Positions 23,413 through 34,611 of a stretch of DNA of 64,000 nt are shown here, one piece after another (position 1 is the first letter of the stretch; every line of letters begins with the position of its first letter). A model generated the notes under the pieces. That model did no database searches. It was not told the DNA's origin and saw only the letters and a list, made by a program, of their open reading frames with translations. The stretch is from an uncultured Acidobacteriota bacterium (lineage in GTDB: Bacteria; Acidobacteriota; Thermoanaerobaculia; Multivoradales; SZUA-115), in contig CAWDVR010000002.1 in the NCBI GenBank assembly GCA_963805975.1, forward strand, positions 544,001-608,000, read 5' to 3'. The translations under genes and the position numbers were made by a program.

Positions 23413-23901
23413 ATGCCCGAGCCCACGATCCGGCCCCTGGCGAGCAACCGGCGCGCCCGCCACGACTACCACATCCTGGAGACCCTGGAGGCCGGCCTCG
23501 CGTTGTCCGGCACGGAGGTCAAGTCGGCCCGCCAGGGCAAGGTCCAGCTGAAGGACAGCCACGTCGAGTTCCGCAACGGCGAGGCCTTCCTGGTCGGGGC
23601 GCACATCAGCCCCTACAGCCACGGCAACCGCGAGAACCACGATCCCGAACGACCGCGCAAGCTCCTGCTGACGCGGCGCGACCTGGGCAAGCTCTTCGGC
23701 CGCTCGCGCGACAAGGGGCTGACCGTGGTGCCCCTCGAGGTCTACCTCAAGGGCAACTGGGTGAAGGTGGAGATAGGCCTCGCCCAGGGCAAGAAGCTCT
23801 TCGACAAGCGCGAGGCGGAGAAGAAGCGCGAGATGGACCGCGAGGTGCGCGCCGCCATGGCCCGGCACGCGCGCGGCGCGACCACCCGCGACGGTGCCTA
23901 G
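23413..23901 (+). CDS. smpB: SsrA-binding protein
   Basis: NRRARHDY, EAGLALSGTEVKS, RKLLL, GKKLFDKR. Confidence 0.96.
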   Translation: MPEPTIRPLASNRRARHDYHILETLEAGLALSGTEVKSARQGKVQLKDSHVEFRNGEAFLVGAHISPYSHGNRENHDPERPRKLLLTRRDLGKLFGRSRDKGLTVVPLEVYLKGNWVKVEIGLAQGKKLFDKREAEKKREMDREVRAAMARHARGATTRDGA

Positions 23902-23930
23902 CTCCAGATCCTGGCTATAGTCTTCCGTCC

Positions 23931-24476
23931 ATGAGGCATCTCGCCCTCACCTCCCTCTTCTTCCTGGCCGCTTTCGATCTCCAGGCCGCCGACATCGCCG
24001 ACCTCCGGGTCGCGCTCGCCGAGACGCAGGTGGTGGTCAGCTTCCGGCTCGAGGAGGCCTTCGACGCCAAGCTGGTCGAGCGGGTCGAGAGCGGCCTGCC
24101 GACGACGCTCTCCTATCAGCTCGAGCTGATGCGCGACCGCAAGCGCTGGTTCGACCGCAATCTCCAGGAGTCGAGCCTCACCGTGGTCGGCATCTACGAC
24201 GCGGTGCGGCGCGAGTACCTGGTCAACACCAAGCTCGACGGGCGGCTGCTCGAGAGCCACATGGTCCACGACCTCGACGCGCTCAAGACGGCCATGGCCC
24301 GCTTCGACCGGCTGCCGGTCTTCACGCTCGAGGCGCTCGAAGACGACCGCCGCATCCTGGTGCGGGTGCGGGCCGAGCTCGGCACCGCGCACCTCCTGGG
24401 CTTCATCCCCAGCCGGGTCACCACGGAGTGGGTCGAGTCCAACAAGCTGCGGCCGCCGCGCGAGCTGGTGCGCTAG
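23931..24476 (+). CDS. DUF4390-like periplasmic protein
   Basis: Signal peptide, SGLPTTLSYQLEL..RKRWFD, YDAVRREY; upstream of an NtrY-like kinase. Confidence 0.7.
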   Translation: MRHLALTSLFFLAAFDLQAADIADLRVALAETQVVVSFRLEEAFDAKLVERVESGLPTTLSYQLELMRDRKRWFDRNLQESSLTVVGIYDAVRREYLVNTKLDGRLLESHMVHDLDALKTAMARFDRLPVFTLEALEDDRRILVRVRAELGTAHLLGFIPSRVTTEWVESNKLRPPRELVR

Positions 24477-24495
24477 GCATGGGCGCCCTCCACCC

Positions 24496-26304
24496 ATGGG
24501 CCTGAGGGAACGGCTCCGGCGCCACCGCAAGGACAGCCGCTGGGTCACCGGCGGCCTCGCCGCCCTGCTGGTGGTCGCGACCGGCCTCTTCTACCTGTTC
24601 GAGCGCAGCCGCGAGCTGCCGCCCACCCTGGTCACCAACCGGGTGCTGCTCTTCGTGCTCTGGTACGTCAACGTCGTTCTCATCCTGACCGTCCTCTTCG
24701 TCCTGCTGCGCAACCTGTTCAAGCTCCTGGTCGAGCGCCACCATCGCATCCTGGGCTCGAAGTTCAAGACCAAGCTGGTGCTGACCTACTTCGGCCTGTC
24801 GCTGATCCCGGTGCTGCTGCTGTTCGTGATCTCGACCCAGCTCTTCCGCGGCTCGATCAACCGCTGGTTCTCGACCCCTCTCGAGGAGATCCTCACCCTC
24901 GGCAGCTCTGTGGCGCAGGAGCTCTCGCTCACCGTCGAGCGCCAGAACTTCCGCGACGCCAGGCAGGTGCTGACCGAGATCGAGCTCCTGGGGCTCGCCG
25001 AGCCGGCGGCGCGCCCCGCCCTCCTCCAGCGGCTGCGCGAGCTGGTGCAGGAGCGCGAGCTGGACTATCTGGCGCTCTACGAGGGCACCGAGCTGGTGCA
25101 GGCCGCGCTCAGCTCGCAAGGCCCGCTCGCCGACCTGCCGGAGCCCGGCCGGGCGCTGCTCAGGGAAGCGGCCGAGAGCGGCAGGGCGCGCGGCCAGCCG
25201 CCGGCCAAGACCGAGGGCGCGCTGCTGGTGAGCGCGGTCTCGGCGGGCGGCGACGGCGGCGAAGGGCCGCTGGTGGTGGTCGCCGGCCGGGTGCTGGCGC
25301 CCCAGGCCGCCGCCTCGGCCCGCCGGCTGATCGAGGCGGCGCAAGGCTACCGGCAGCTCGAGGTGCAGCGCGACGACCTGAAGGCGAGCTACCTGCTGAT
25401 CTTCCTCATGCTGACCCTCCTCATCCTGCTCGCCTCGACCTGGGTGGGCCTCTACCTGGCGCGGCGCGTGACGGTGCCGATCCAGGCCCTCGCCGACGGC
25501 ACGCGACGGATCAGCAGCGGCGATCTCGACCATCGGGTGGAGGTCTCGGCCGACGACGAGCTGGGGGTGCTGGTCGACTCCTTCAACCGCATGACGGCCG
25601 AGCTCCAGGCGAGCAAGGCGGAGCTCGAGCGCGCGCAGCAGCTCGCCACCTGGCGGGAGGCGGCGCGGCGCGTGGCGCACGAGATCAGGAACCCGCTCAC
25701 CCCGATCCAGCTCGCGGCCGAGCGGCTGCTCGCCAAGCACCGGCGCGGCGACCCGGACCTCGGCGCCACACTCGAGGAGAGCGTCGAGATCATCGGCCGC
25801 GAGGTCAAGACGCTGAAGGGCATGGTGGACGAGTTCTCGCGCTACGCGCGCCTGCCACAGCCCCAGCCCGAGCGGGTGGACCTCGAACAGCTCTTCGCCG
25901 ACACGCTGCAGCTCTACCGCAACCTCAAGCCGGGGGTGGAGGTCGAGAGCCTGGTGGCGCCCGAGGTGGGCCACGTGTTCGTCGACCCGGAGCAGATCCG
26001 CCGCGTGCTCATCAATCTGGTGGACAACGCGATCGAGGCCACCAGCCCGCCCGGCCAGGTGCGGGTCGAGGCCCGGCGCGAGGGCGGCCGCCTGCGCATC
26101 GACGTCGCCGACACCGGTCCCGGCATCCCGCCGGAAGCCCGGGAGAAGCTCTTCCTGCCCTACTTCTCGACCAAGGGCCGCGGCTCGGGGCTCGGCCTCG
26201 CCATCGTGCACCGGATCGTGACCGACCACCGCGGCCGCATCACGACCGCGGACAACCAGCCGCGGGGCACAGTGTTCACGGTCGAGCTGCCGGCGTATCC
26301 GTGA
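24496..26304 (+). CDS. NtrY-like membrane sensor histidine kinase
   Basis: GSKFKTKL, HAMP, WREAARRVAHEIRNPLTPIQL, N/G boxes. Confidence 0.9.
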   Translation: MGLRERLRRHRKDSRWVTGGLAALLVVATGLFYLFERSRELPPTLVTNRVLLFVLWYVNVVLILTVLFVLLRNLFKLLVERHHRILGSKFKTKLVLTYFGLSLIPVLLLFVISTQLFRGSINRWFSTPLEEILTLGSSVAQELSLTVERQNFRDARQVLTEIELLGLAEPAARPALLQRLRELVQERELDYLALYEGTELVQAALSSQGPLADLPEPGRALLREAAESGRARGQPPAKTEGALLVSAVSAGGDGGEGPLVVVAGRVLAPQAAASARRLIEAAQGYRQLEVQRDDLKASYLLIFLMLTLLILLASTWVGLYLARRVTVPIQALADGTRRISSGDLDHRVEVSADDELGVLVDSFNRMTAELQASKAELERAQQLATWREAARRVAHEIRNPLTPIQLAAERLLAKHRRGDPDLGATLEESVEIIGREVKTLKGMVDEFSRYARLPQPQPERVDLEQLFADTLQLYRNLKPGVEVESLVAPEVGHVFVDPEQIRRVLINLVDNAIEATSPPGQVRVEARREGGRLRIDVADTGPGIPPEAREKLFLPYFSTKGRGSGLGLAIVHRIVTDHRGRITTADNQPRGTVFTVELPAYP

Positions 26305-26317
26305 TCTAATTCCCCGC

Positions 26318-26767
26318 ATGAGCACGCCGCAGCAACGCATCGAAACCGACCTCAAGACCAGCATGAAGGCCGGGGACAAGGAGCGCACGGGCACGCTCCG
26401 CATGCTCCTCGCCGAGGTCAAGAACGAGCGGATCGCCGCCGGCGCCGAGGTCGACGAGACCCGCTTCGCCGCCCTGGTGCGCAAGGCCATCAAACAGCGC
26501 CACGAGGCCGCGACCCAGTTCCGCGCCGGCGGACGCGAGGAGAGCGCGGCGCAGGAGGAGCGCGAAGCCGAGATGCTCGGCTCCTATCTGCCGCAGACCG
26601 TCTCCGAGGAGGAGCTCTCCGCCGCCATCCGCGACCTCATCGCCGCCGAGGGGCTCTCCGGGCCGGCCGCCATGGGCCGGGTGATGAAGGAGATGCTCGG
26701 CCGCTACGGCGCCCGCGCCGACGGCGCCACGGTCTCGAAGCTCGCCCGCCAGGCTCTCGCCTCCTAG
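26318..26767 (+). CDS. GatB/YqeY domain protein
   Basis: DLKTSMKAGDK, KQRHEAATQF, YLPQ, MGRVM, ADG. Confidence 0.9.
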   Translation: MSTPQQRIETDLKTSMKAGDKERTGTLRMLLAEVKNERIAAGAEVDETRFAALVRKAIKQRHEAATQFRAGGREESAAQEEREAEMLGSYLPQTVSEEELSAAIRDLIAAEGLSGPAAMGRVMKEMLGRYGARADGATVSKLARQALAS

Positions 26768-26773
26768 CAACCC

Positions 26774-28672
26774 ATGCGGCGGGTGGTGATCGGTACCGCT
26801 GGTCACGTCGACCACGGCAAAACCCGCCTCGTCGAAGCCCTCACCGGCATCGACTGCGACCGCTGGGCCGAGGAAAAGGCGCGCGGCATCACCATCGACC
26901 TCGGCTTCGCCCACTCGACCGCGGGCGACCTCCAGCTCGGCTTCGTCGACGTTCCCGGCCACGAGCGCTTCCTGCACAACGCCCTCGCCGGCCTGGGCGG
27001 CATCCGCGTGCTGTTGCTGGTGGTGGCGGCGGACGAAGGGGTGAAGCCACAGACCCGCGAGCACCTCGCCATCGCCTCGCTCCTCGGCATCCCCGCGGCC
27101 CTGGTCGCGCTCACCAAGGCCGACCTGGTGGACGACGATCTCGCCGGCCTGGCGGCGCTCGAGGTCGAGGATCTGCTCGCCACGACCCCCTTTGCCGGCG
27201 CCGAGATCGTGCCCGTGTCGAGCGTCACCGGCCGGGGCCTCGCAGAGCTGCAAGCGAAGCTCGTCGCGCTCGGTGAGGCGCACGCCGTGCCCCTCGACCG
27301 CGACCGGCCGGCCCGCCTGCCCGTCGACCGTGCCTTTCACCTGAAGGGCCTGGGGCTCGTGGTCACCGGCACGCTGGCCTCGGGCGTGGTGGCTCCCGGC
27401 GACGAGCTCGCCCTGCTGCCAGCCGGCGGGCGGGTGAAGGTACGCTCGATCGAGGTCCACGGCGAGCCCCGGCAGGAGGCGGCGGCCGGTGAGCGGACCT
27501 CGTTGCGGATCGCCGGCGTCGAGCTTGCGCAGACGGAACGCGGTGTCGAGATCGTGACACCCGGCGCCTTCGCCTCGACCCGGAGCCTGCTCGCCCGCGT
27601 CCGCCTGCTGCCGGAAGCGGAGCCGTTGGCCGGCTCGACACCGGTCCGCGTCCACCTCTTCGCCGGCGAGGCGATGGGACGGTTGCGCCCGCTGCTCCCC
27701 ACCACCCTCGAGCCGGGGGCCACGGGGTTGGTCGAGATCCGGCTCGCCGCGCCCCTGGTGGCGGCGCGGCGAGACCGGCTGATCCTCCGCCGGCCGTCGC
27801 CGCCGGCCACCTGGGGCGGCGGCGAGGTGCTCGATCCCGCCTGGCGCAAGCACCGCGGCAAGGCGCTGGCCGGCGCGCTGGCGGCGCTCTCCGGCGAGCG
27901 CCGGGCAGCGCTCCTCTTCTGGGTGCAGGAGGCCGGCGAAGCCGGGGCGCTGGCGGCCGAGCTGGCAGAGCGCCTGGGCGAGCCGTCTTCGGGCGTCGAG
28001 CGCGAGCTCGAGGCCCAGGTCGAGGACCAGCGCCTGCTGGTGACGCCGGCCAGCCCGGGCGCGCCGCGCCGCTTCCTGGCGCCGGCGGCCTACCGCCGGG
28101 TGATGGAGCGCGCAGAGCGCCTGCTCAAGGAGCACTTCCAGCGCGACCGCCTGTCGCTGGGGCTGCCCAAGGCGGAGGCGATCGAGCGCCTGTTCCCCGG
28201 CCGCGCCGCAGAGCTGGGTACCGTCTACCTCGAGTGGCTGGCGGCGCAGAAGAAGATCGTGCTCGACGGCGGCCGGATCAATCCGCCGGGGCGGAAGACC
28301 GAGCTGACCGGCGAGGAATCCGCGCTCTCGGCCGCGGTGCTGGCGCGTTTCGAGGCCGGGGGCCTGGCACCGCCGGCGCCCGGCGACTTGCGCGCGGCCC
28401 TCGCCGCCAAGCCGCAGATCCTGGACGGCATGGTGCGCTACCTGGTCGAGCGCGGCCGGCTCGTCCGCCTGCCGGACGGCCTGGTGATCGCCGCCGCCGC
28501 GGTCGAGCGCCTCAAGGGCGACCTCGCCGCCACCGGCTGGGAGCGCTTCTCGGTGCCACAGTTCAAGGAGCGCTTCGGCCTGTCTCGCAAGTGGGCGATC
28601 CCCCTCCTCGAGCACCTGGACTCGGTGGGCACCACGCGCCGGCTGGGCGACGAACGGATGGTGGTACGGTAA
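26774..28672 (+). CDS. selB: Selenocysteine-specific elongation factor
   Basis: GTAGHVDHGKT, RGITIDLGF, DVPGHE, C-terminal SRKWAIPLLEHLD winged helix. Confidence 0.96.
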   Translation: MRRVVIGTAGHVDHGKTRLVEALTGIDCDRWAEEKARGITIDLGFAHSTAGDLQLGFVDVPGHERFLHNALAGLGGIRVLLLVVAADEGVKPQTREHLAIASLLGIPAALVALTKADLVDDDLAGLAALEVEDLLATTPFAGAEIVPVSSVTGRGLAELQAKLVALGEAHAVPLDRDRPARLPVDRAFHLKGLGLVVTGTLASGVVAPGDELALLPAGGRVKVRSIEVHGEPRQEAAAGERTSLRIAGVELAQTERGVEIVTPGAFASTRSLLARVRLLPEAEPLAGSTPVRVHLFAGEAMGRLRPLLPTTLEPGATGLVEIRLAAPLVAARRDRLILRRPSPPATWGGGEVLDPAWRKHRGKALAGALAALSGERRAALLFWVQEAGEAGALAAELAERLGEPSSGVERELEAQVEDQRLLVTPASPGAPRRFLAPAAYRRVMERAERLLKEHFQRDRLSLGLPKAEAIERLFPGRAAELGTVYLEWLAAQKKIVLDGGRINPPGRKTELTGEESALSAAVLARFEAGGLAPPAPGDLRAALAAKPQILDGMVRYLVERGRLVRLPDGLVIAAAAVERLKGDLAATGWERFSVPQFKERFGLSRKWAIPLLEHLDSVGTTRRLGDERMVVR

Positions 28673-28677
28673 CGACC

Positions 28678-29049
28678 ATGAAGACGATCGCCGTCCTGGG
28701 TGCCTCTGGTGACCGCCGCAAGTATGGCAACAAGGCGGTGCGGGCCTACACGAGAGCGGGCTGGCAGGTCTTCCCGGTGAACCTCGCGGGCGAAGAGGTC
28801 GAGGGCCAGGCCAGCTTCCGCAAGCTCTCCGAAGTGCCGAAGCCGCTCGACCGCGTCACGGTCTACCTGCCGCCGCCGGTCACCCTCGAGCTGCTGCCGG
28901 AGATCGCCGCCACCGAAGCCGGCGAGGTCTGGTTCAACCCCGGTGCGGCCGACGGGGCGGTGCTCGCTTCTGCCCGCGAGCTGGGTATCCCGGCGCGGCC
29001 GGGCTGCAGCATCGTGGACATCGGCTTCTCGCCCGCGCAGTTTCCCTGA
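28678..29049 (+). CDS. CoA-binding protein (YccU-like)
   Basis: TIAVLGAS.DRRKYG, VFPVN, VWFNPGA. Confidence 0.88.
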   Translation: MKTIAVLGASGDRRKYGNKAVRAYTRAGWQVFPVNLAGEEVEGQASFRKLSEVPKPLDRVTVYLPPPVTLELLPEIAATEAGEVWFNPGAADGAVLASARELGIPARPGCSIVDIGFSPAQFP

Positions 29050-29077
29050 AGCTCCGAATCAATCACCCAGGGGCCGC

Positions 29078-30595
29078 TCACACGCCCCGTCGGGGCTTGA
29101 ACTCCGCGGCGTCGATGCCGTAGCGGTTCATCTTCTGGTAGAAGTTCTTGACGTCCATCGCGGCGCGTTGGGCGGCGCGCGTGATGTTGCCCTGCGCCTC
29201 GCCGAGGCAGCGCCGGACGTAGGCGCGCTCGAAGCCGGCGAGAACCTTCCGCTTCTCCTCGGCGAAGCTGCCGGCGAGGCCGATCGGAGCCCCGGCCGGT
29301 GTTTGCGAGGTGACCGACTCGGGAAGGTGCGCGAGCTCGATCACCGGCCCCTCCGCCAGCAGCGCCGCCCGTTGCAGGATGTTCCACAGCTCCCGTACGT
29401 TGCCCGGGAAGGAATATGCATCGAGCGCCGCCTCCGCCGCGGGCGCCAGGGAGAGAGACAGGCCGCCGTCGCCGCCGCGCAAACGGTCGAGGAAGTGGCG
29501 GACGAGGACCGGGATGTCCGAGCGGCGCTCGCGCAAGGGCGGCAGGCGGATCCGTACCACCGCCAGCCGGTAGTGCAGGTCGCTGCGAATCTTGCCGGCC
29601 GCCACCAGCTCGTCGAGGTTGCGGTTGGTGGCGGCCACCACCCGCACGTCGGCGTGGCGGAGCGTGGTCGAGCCCAGGCGCGAGTACTCGCCGGTCTCGA
29701 GCAGGCGCAGGAAGTTGACCTGCAGCGAGTGCGGCATCTCGCTCACCTCGTCGAGGAACAGGGTGCCGCCGTCCGCGCGCTCGAACCAGCCGGGAGCGCT
29801 GCGCACGGCGCCGGTGAACGCCCCCCGTTCGTGGCCGAAGAGCTCGGCCTCCTGCAACGACTCGGGCAGGGCGCCGCAGTTGATGGGCAGGAAAGGGCCC
29901 TCGCGGCGGCGGCTGTTGCAGTGGATGGCGCGGGCCGCGAGCTCCTTGCCGGTGCCGCTCTCGCCCTCGAGCAGCACTGTGGCCTCCGACGGCGCCACGC
30001 GGGAGATGAGCCGCAGCACCTCGAGCATCTTGGGATCGCCGCCGAGGATCGCCTCGAAGCGGTACTTGCCGCGCAGTTCGTGCTCGAGGCGGTCCACCTG
30101 GCGCCGCAGCCGGTAGCGCTCGAGGGCGTTGTAGGCGGCGAGCGAGATGAAGTGCGAGAAGGTCTCGACCGCGGCCAGGGTCTCGGCCGTGAACACCGCC
30201 GCGCGGCTGGTGGTGTCCACGTAGACGACGCCGAACGCCCGGTCCGCCTGGAGGAGCGGCAGGCAGATGACGGCGATCAGGTTCAGCCGGTCGACGCTCT
30301 CCGAGAGCGGCCTCAGAGGGTGAGCGTCGAGGTTGGGATCGAAGAAAGGCCTGCCCTCGCTCCGTACGCGACGGATGATCGTGCGGCTGACCTGGAACTC
30401 GGGCCGCTCGACGTCCTCGCGGCCGAGGTTGCGGGCCTTCTCGAAGAGCAGCGTGCCGTCCTCGTCGAACAGCAGCACCATCGCTCGCTCGGCGCCGCAG
30501 AGCTGCACCAGGCCGTCCAGGCCCGTGGTCAGCACGCGGTCCACGTCCATCTCGCCCAAGACGTTGCGCGCGATCTCTAGGACCCGGTCGGGCAT
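29078..30595 (-). CDS. Sigma54-dependent activator (GAF-AAA+-Fis HTH)
   Basis: GESGTGKE, ELFGHERGAFTGA, FLDEV, PGNVREL; start set at ATG 30595. Confidence 0.93.
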   Translation of the reverse strand: MPDRVLEIARNVLGEMDVDRVLTTGLDGLVQLCGAERAMVLLFDEDGTLLFEKARNLGREDVERPEFQVSRTIIRRVRSEGRPFFDPNLDAHPLRPLSESVDRLNLIAVICLPLLQADRAFGVVYVDTTSRAAVFTAETLAAVETFSHFISLAAYNALERYRLRRQVDRLEHELRGKYRFEAILGGDPKMLEVLRLISRVAPSEATVLLEGESGTGKELAARAIHCNSRRREGPFLPINCGALPESLQEAELFGHERGAFTGAVRSAPGWFERADGGTLFLDEVSEMPHSLQVNFLRLLETGEYSRLGSTTLRHADVRVVAATNRNLDELVAAGKIRSDLHYRLAVVRIRLPPLRERRSDIPVLVRHFLDRLRGGDGGLSLSLAPAAEAALDAYSFPGNVRELWNILQRAALLAEGPVIELAHLPESVTSQTPAGAPIGLAGSFAEEKRKVLAGFERAYVRRCLGEAQGNITRAAQRAAMDVKNFYQKMNRYGIDAAEFKPRRGV

Positions 30596-30808
30596 GCTCT
30601 TCGTTTCGCGCTTGGTGAAAGAATCTTTTCCAAGGATAACATTCCACCAGAGAGCTCTTTCGATCCCATCGGACTCTGGTATTTCGACCAGGATCTTGGT
30701 GAACAGGCCATGAGCGGGATCGGAGCCGAAGTTCGGAGGAAGCCGATCGCCTCGCCATAAGCCCTTTCCTGACAACAGTTGGAGACGCTCCTATTGGTCT
30801 CGGCCCGC

Positions 30809-30823
30809 TGGCATCGAGCGTGC
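30809..30823 (+). promoter_or_regulatory. Sigma54 -24/-12 promoter for the peptide gene
   Basis: TGGCATCGAGCGTGC with correct GG/GC spacing; palindrome CTGGTATTTCGACCAG at 30676-30691 upstream. Confidence 0.6.
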
Positions 30824-31044
30824 TAAATCTTTCCTCCAGCGACCCGGGCGCGTGCTTCGCAAGAGACGGCTCACCTCCCTCGACGCGGAGCGCCGCCCGG
30901 TCCCTTTTTCCTCTTCGGCATCACCGACGGTAATTTCTTGTCTCTTCCGACCAGCCTTCCGGCATCTTCCTCCTAGACAGATCCCTTACAAGCTCCGCCG
31001 TCACTCCTGTACGGCAGGTGCACCTGTAGGAATGGAGGTTTGCC

Positions 31045-31320
31045 ATGAGCCGCAAATCGATCGTTGTCCTCGTTGTCGCCGGGCTTCTCGCAGGAGCCCT
31101 TCCCGTCTCTGCCGCGCCCTCCGCCGGCTCTCCGGCGGCGCTGGCCGTGCACGCCAAGGCCTTTCTCGCGGAGGGTTTTCAGACGACCCGAGCCCTGCTG
31201 AAGGCGCTCTTCGTACCGCAAAAACAGGCACCGGCGCCGACGGCGGCCAGTTCCGGGGGCCCCAAAGGCATCCGCATCCAAGAGGGCTGCATGCTCGACC
31301 CGGACGGCAAGTGCTTTTGA
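31045..31320 (+). CDS. Small secreted propeptide ending in EGCMLDPDGKCF
   Basis: GGAGG RBS, Sec signal (..PVSA/A), low-complexity linker, C-terminal Cys-flanked DPDG. Confidence 0.8.
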   Translation: MSRKSIVVLVVAGLLAGALPVSAAPSAGSPAALAVHAKAFLAEGFQTTRALLKALFVPQKQAPAPTAASSGGPKGIRIQEGCMLDPDGKCF

Positions 31321-31525
31321 GGGCGGCACCTCTTCGGCTCGCGCCGGAAACGTTTACCTCGGTGATCAGCCGGCGAATTTTCTTGTCCCGTTTTCACCGG
31401 GTCAGGGAACTACCCCTGTAGGAGGCTTCCTAGTTGCACAATCGCGGCGAAAAGGAAGCTGAAGATAGTTAAAAGTATCTATCCGGGACTCGATCAGCGT
31501 GCCGACGCAGAACTGTAGATCCGCT

Positions 31526-32893
31526 ATGGAAGAACGACATCCCAGCGCTCGCGAGCTGAGCTGCCTGACCCAGGGTGAGCTGCTGTCACCCCTCTCGCGG
31601 CCGCTGGTTCTGCACCTGGCGAACTGCGGCCACTGCCGCGAGCGCCTGGAACGGGTGGCGCCCGCAGCGAGCGCGCGGGTGAGCGCGCTGCTCACCAACG
31701 TCACCCCGCTGCGGGTCCCGGACGTCGCCAGCTATCGGTCGGCGTTCGTCAACGTGATGAACAGGCTCGATCGCGAGGCCCGCCGGCTGCAGCAGAGCCG
31801 CAGCCTCGCGCCGTCTCTTCTCGCCGAGCTCGTCGGCCAGCCGCCGCAGCGCCGTCTGCTGCTGGTGCACAACAGCGCCCGCTTTGCGAGCTGGGGGCTC
31901 GCCGAGCTGCTGCTCGAAGAAGCCCGCTGCCGCTGGACCGAGGACGCCCGCGAGGCCGAGAGCCTGGCCCGGCTGGCGCTCGAGGTGACCCAGCAGCTCG
32001 AGGCCGGCGGCGAGTCCGCCGCCTACCTACGCGACCTCAAGGCGAGGGGTTGGGCCTTTCTCGCCAACGCCCGCCGGATCCGCTCCGACCTGGCGTCGTC
32101 CGAAAAGGCGTTCTCGGTCGCCCGGCAGCTCCTGGCCGATGGCTCGGGCGATCCCATCGAGCGGGCGCAGGTGATGGAGCTCGAGGTCTCGCTGCTGCGC
32201 GCCCAGCGCCGCTTCGAGGACGGCGCCAACCTGCTCAAGCAGGTGATCCGTTCCTACCGCCGGGCCGGCGAGCCACACTTGGCCGGCCGCGCGCTGATCA
32301 AGCAGGCCATGCTGCTGCGCGAGGCTGGTCAGCCGCTCCAGGGCATTCCCTTGCTCGAAAGGGCAGCGGTGCTGATCGACCCGGAGACCGAGCCCCGGCT
32401 GCTCTGCTGCCTGCGTCAGAACCAGCTCACCCTGCTGAACGAGAGCGGGCGCACGAGCGAGGCCGAAGCGCTCCTGCCCCAGGTCCGCCGGCTGGTGCTG
32501 CGACACGGCACGCGCATCGATCTGCTCCGCTTTCACTGGACGGCCGGCAACATCGCCGCCAGCCTGGGCCGGCTGGACCGCGCCGAGGCCAACCTGCGCC
32601 AGTCGCGAGCCGGCTTCCTGGTGGAAAGCATCCCGCTCGACGTGGCGCTGGTGTCGCTCGACCTCGCGAGCCTGCTGCTCAAGCAGGGCCGCACCGGCGA
32701 GACCAAGGCGCTGGTGGCCGAGGTGGTGCCGCTCTTTCACGCCATCCACGTCCAGCGCGAGGCCTTGGCCGCGACCCTGCTCTTCACCGCCGCGGTCGAA
32801 CGCGAGACCCTGACCCTGCACCATCTCGAGCAGCTCTCCTCGCTGCTGCGGCAGGCGGCCGGCGCGCGCCCGGCGGCAGCCGAGATCAGCTAA
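31526..32893 (+). CDS. TPR-repeat protein with N-terminal zf-HC2-like HxxxCxxC motif
   Basis: HLANCGHC followed by helical TPR-like repeats (AWxFLANARR, GRxxEA patterns). Confidence 0.8.
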   Translation: MEERHPSARELSCLTQGELLSPLSRPLVLHLANCGHCRERLERVAPAASARVSALLTNVTPLRVPDVASYRSAFVNVMNRLDREARRLQQSRSLAPSLLAELVGQPPQRRLLLVHNSARFASWGLAELLLEEARCRWTEDAREAESLARLALEVTQQLEAGGESAAYLRDLKARGWAFLANARRIRSDLASSEKAFSVARQLLADGSGDPIERAQVMELEVSLLRAQRRFEDGANLLKQVIRSYRRAGEPHLAGRALIKQAMLLREAGQPLQGIPLLERAAVLIDPETEPRLLCCLRQNQLTLLNESGRTSEAEALLPQVRRLVLRHGTRIDLLRFHWTAGNIAASLGRLDRAEANLRQSRAGFLVESIPLDVALVSLDLASLLLKQGRTGETKALVAEVVPLFHAIHVQREALAATLLFTAAVERETLTLHHLEQLSSLLRQAAGARPAAAEIS

Positions 32894-33006
32894 CGCGACG
32901 AAGCCTGCTGCGCGGGCCCCTCTGCGGCGTCGCAGACCGGCCCGCTCCTGGCTCAGCACCTCTCAGTTGACGTTCCGCGTCCGCTCAAGTAAAACCTCGC
33001 CTCTGC

Positions 33007-34596
<1,590 letters not shown>

Positions 34597-34611
34597 TACC
34601 GTAAAAAGGTC

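Noticed and set aside
23902-23930. tmRNA gene next to smpB
   Set aside because: Intergenic space is too short and there are no tRNA-like ends
31290-31320. DPDG peptide as substrate of the PIMT paralogs (aspartimide RiPP)
   Set aside because: The genes are ~24 kb apart with unrelated housekeeping genes between; only the Asp-Gly motif supports it
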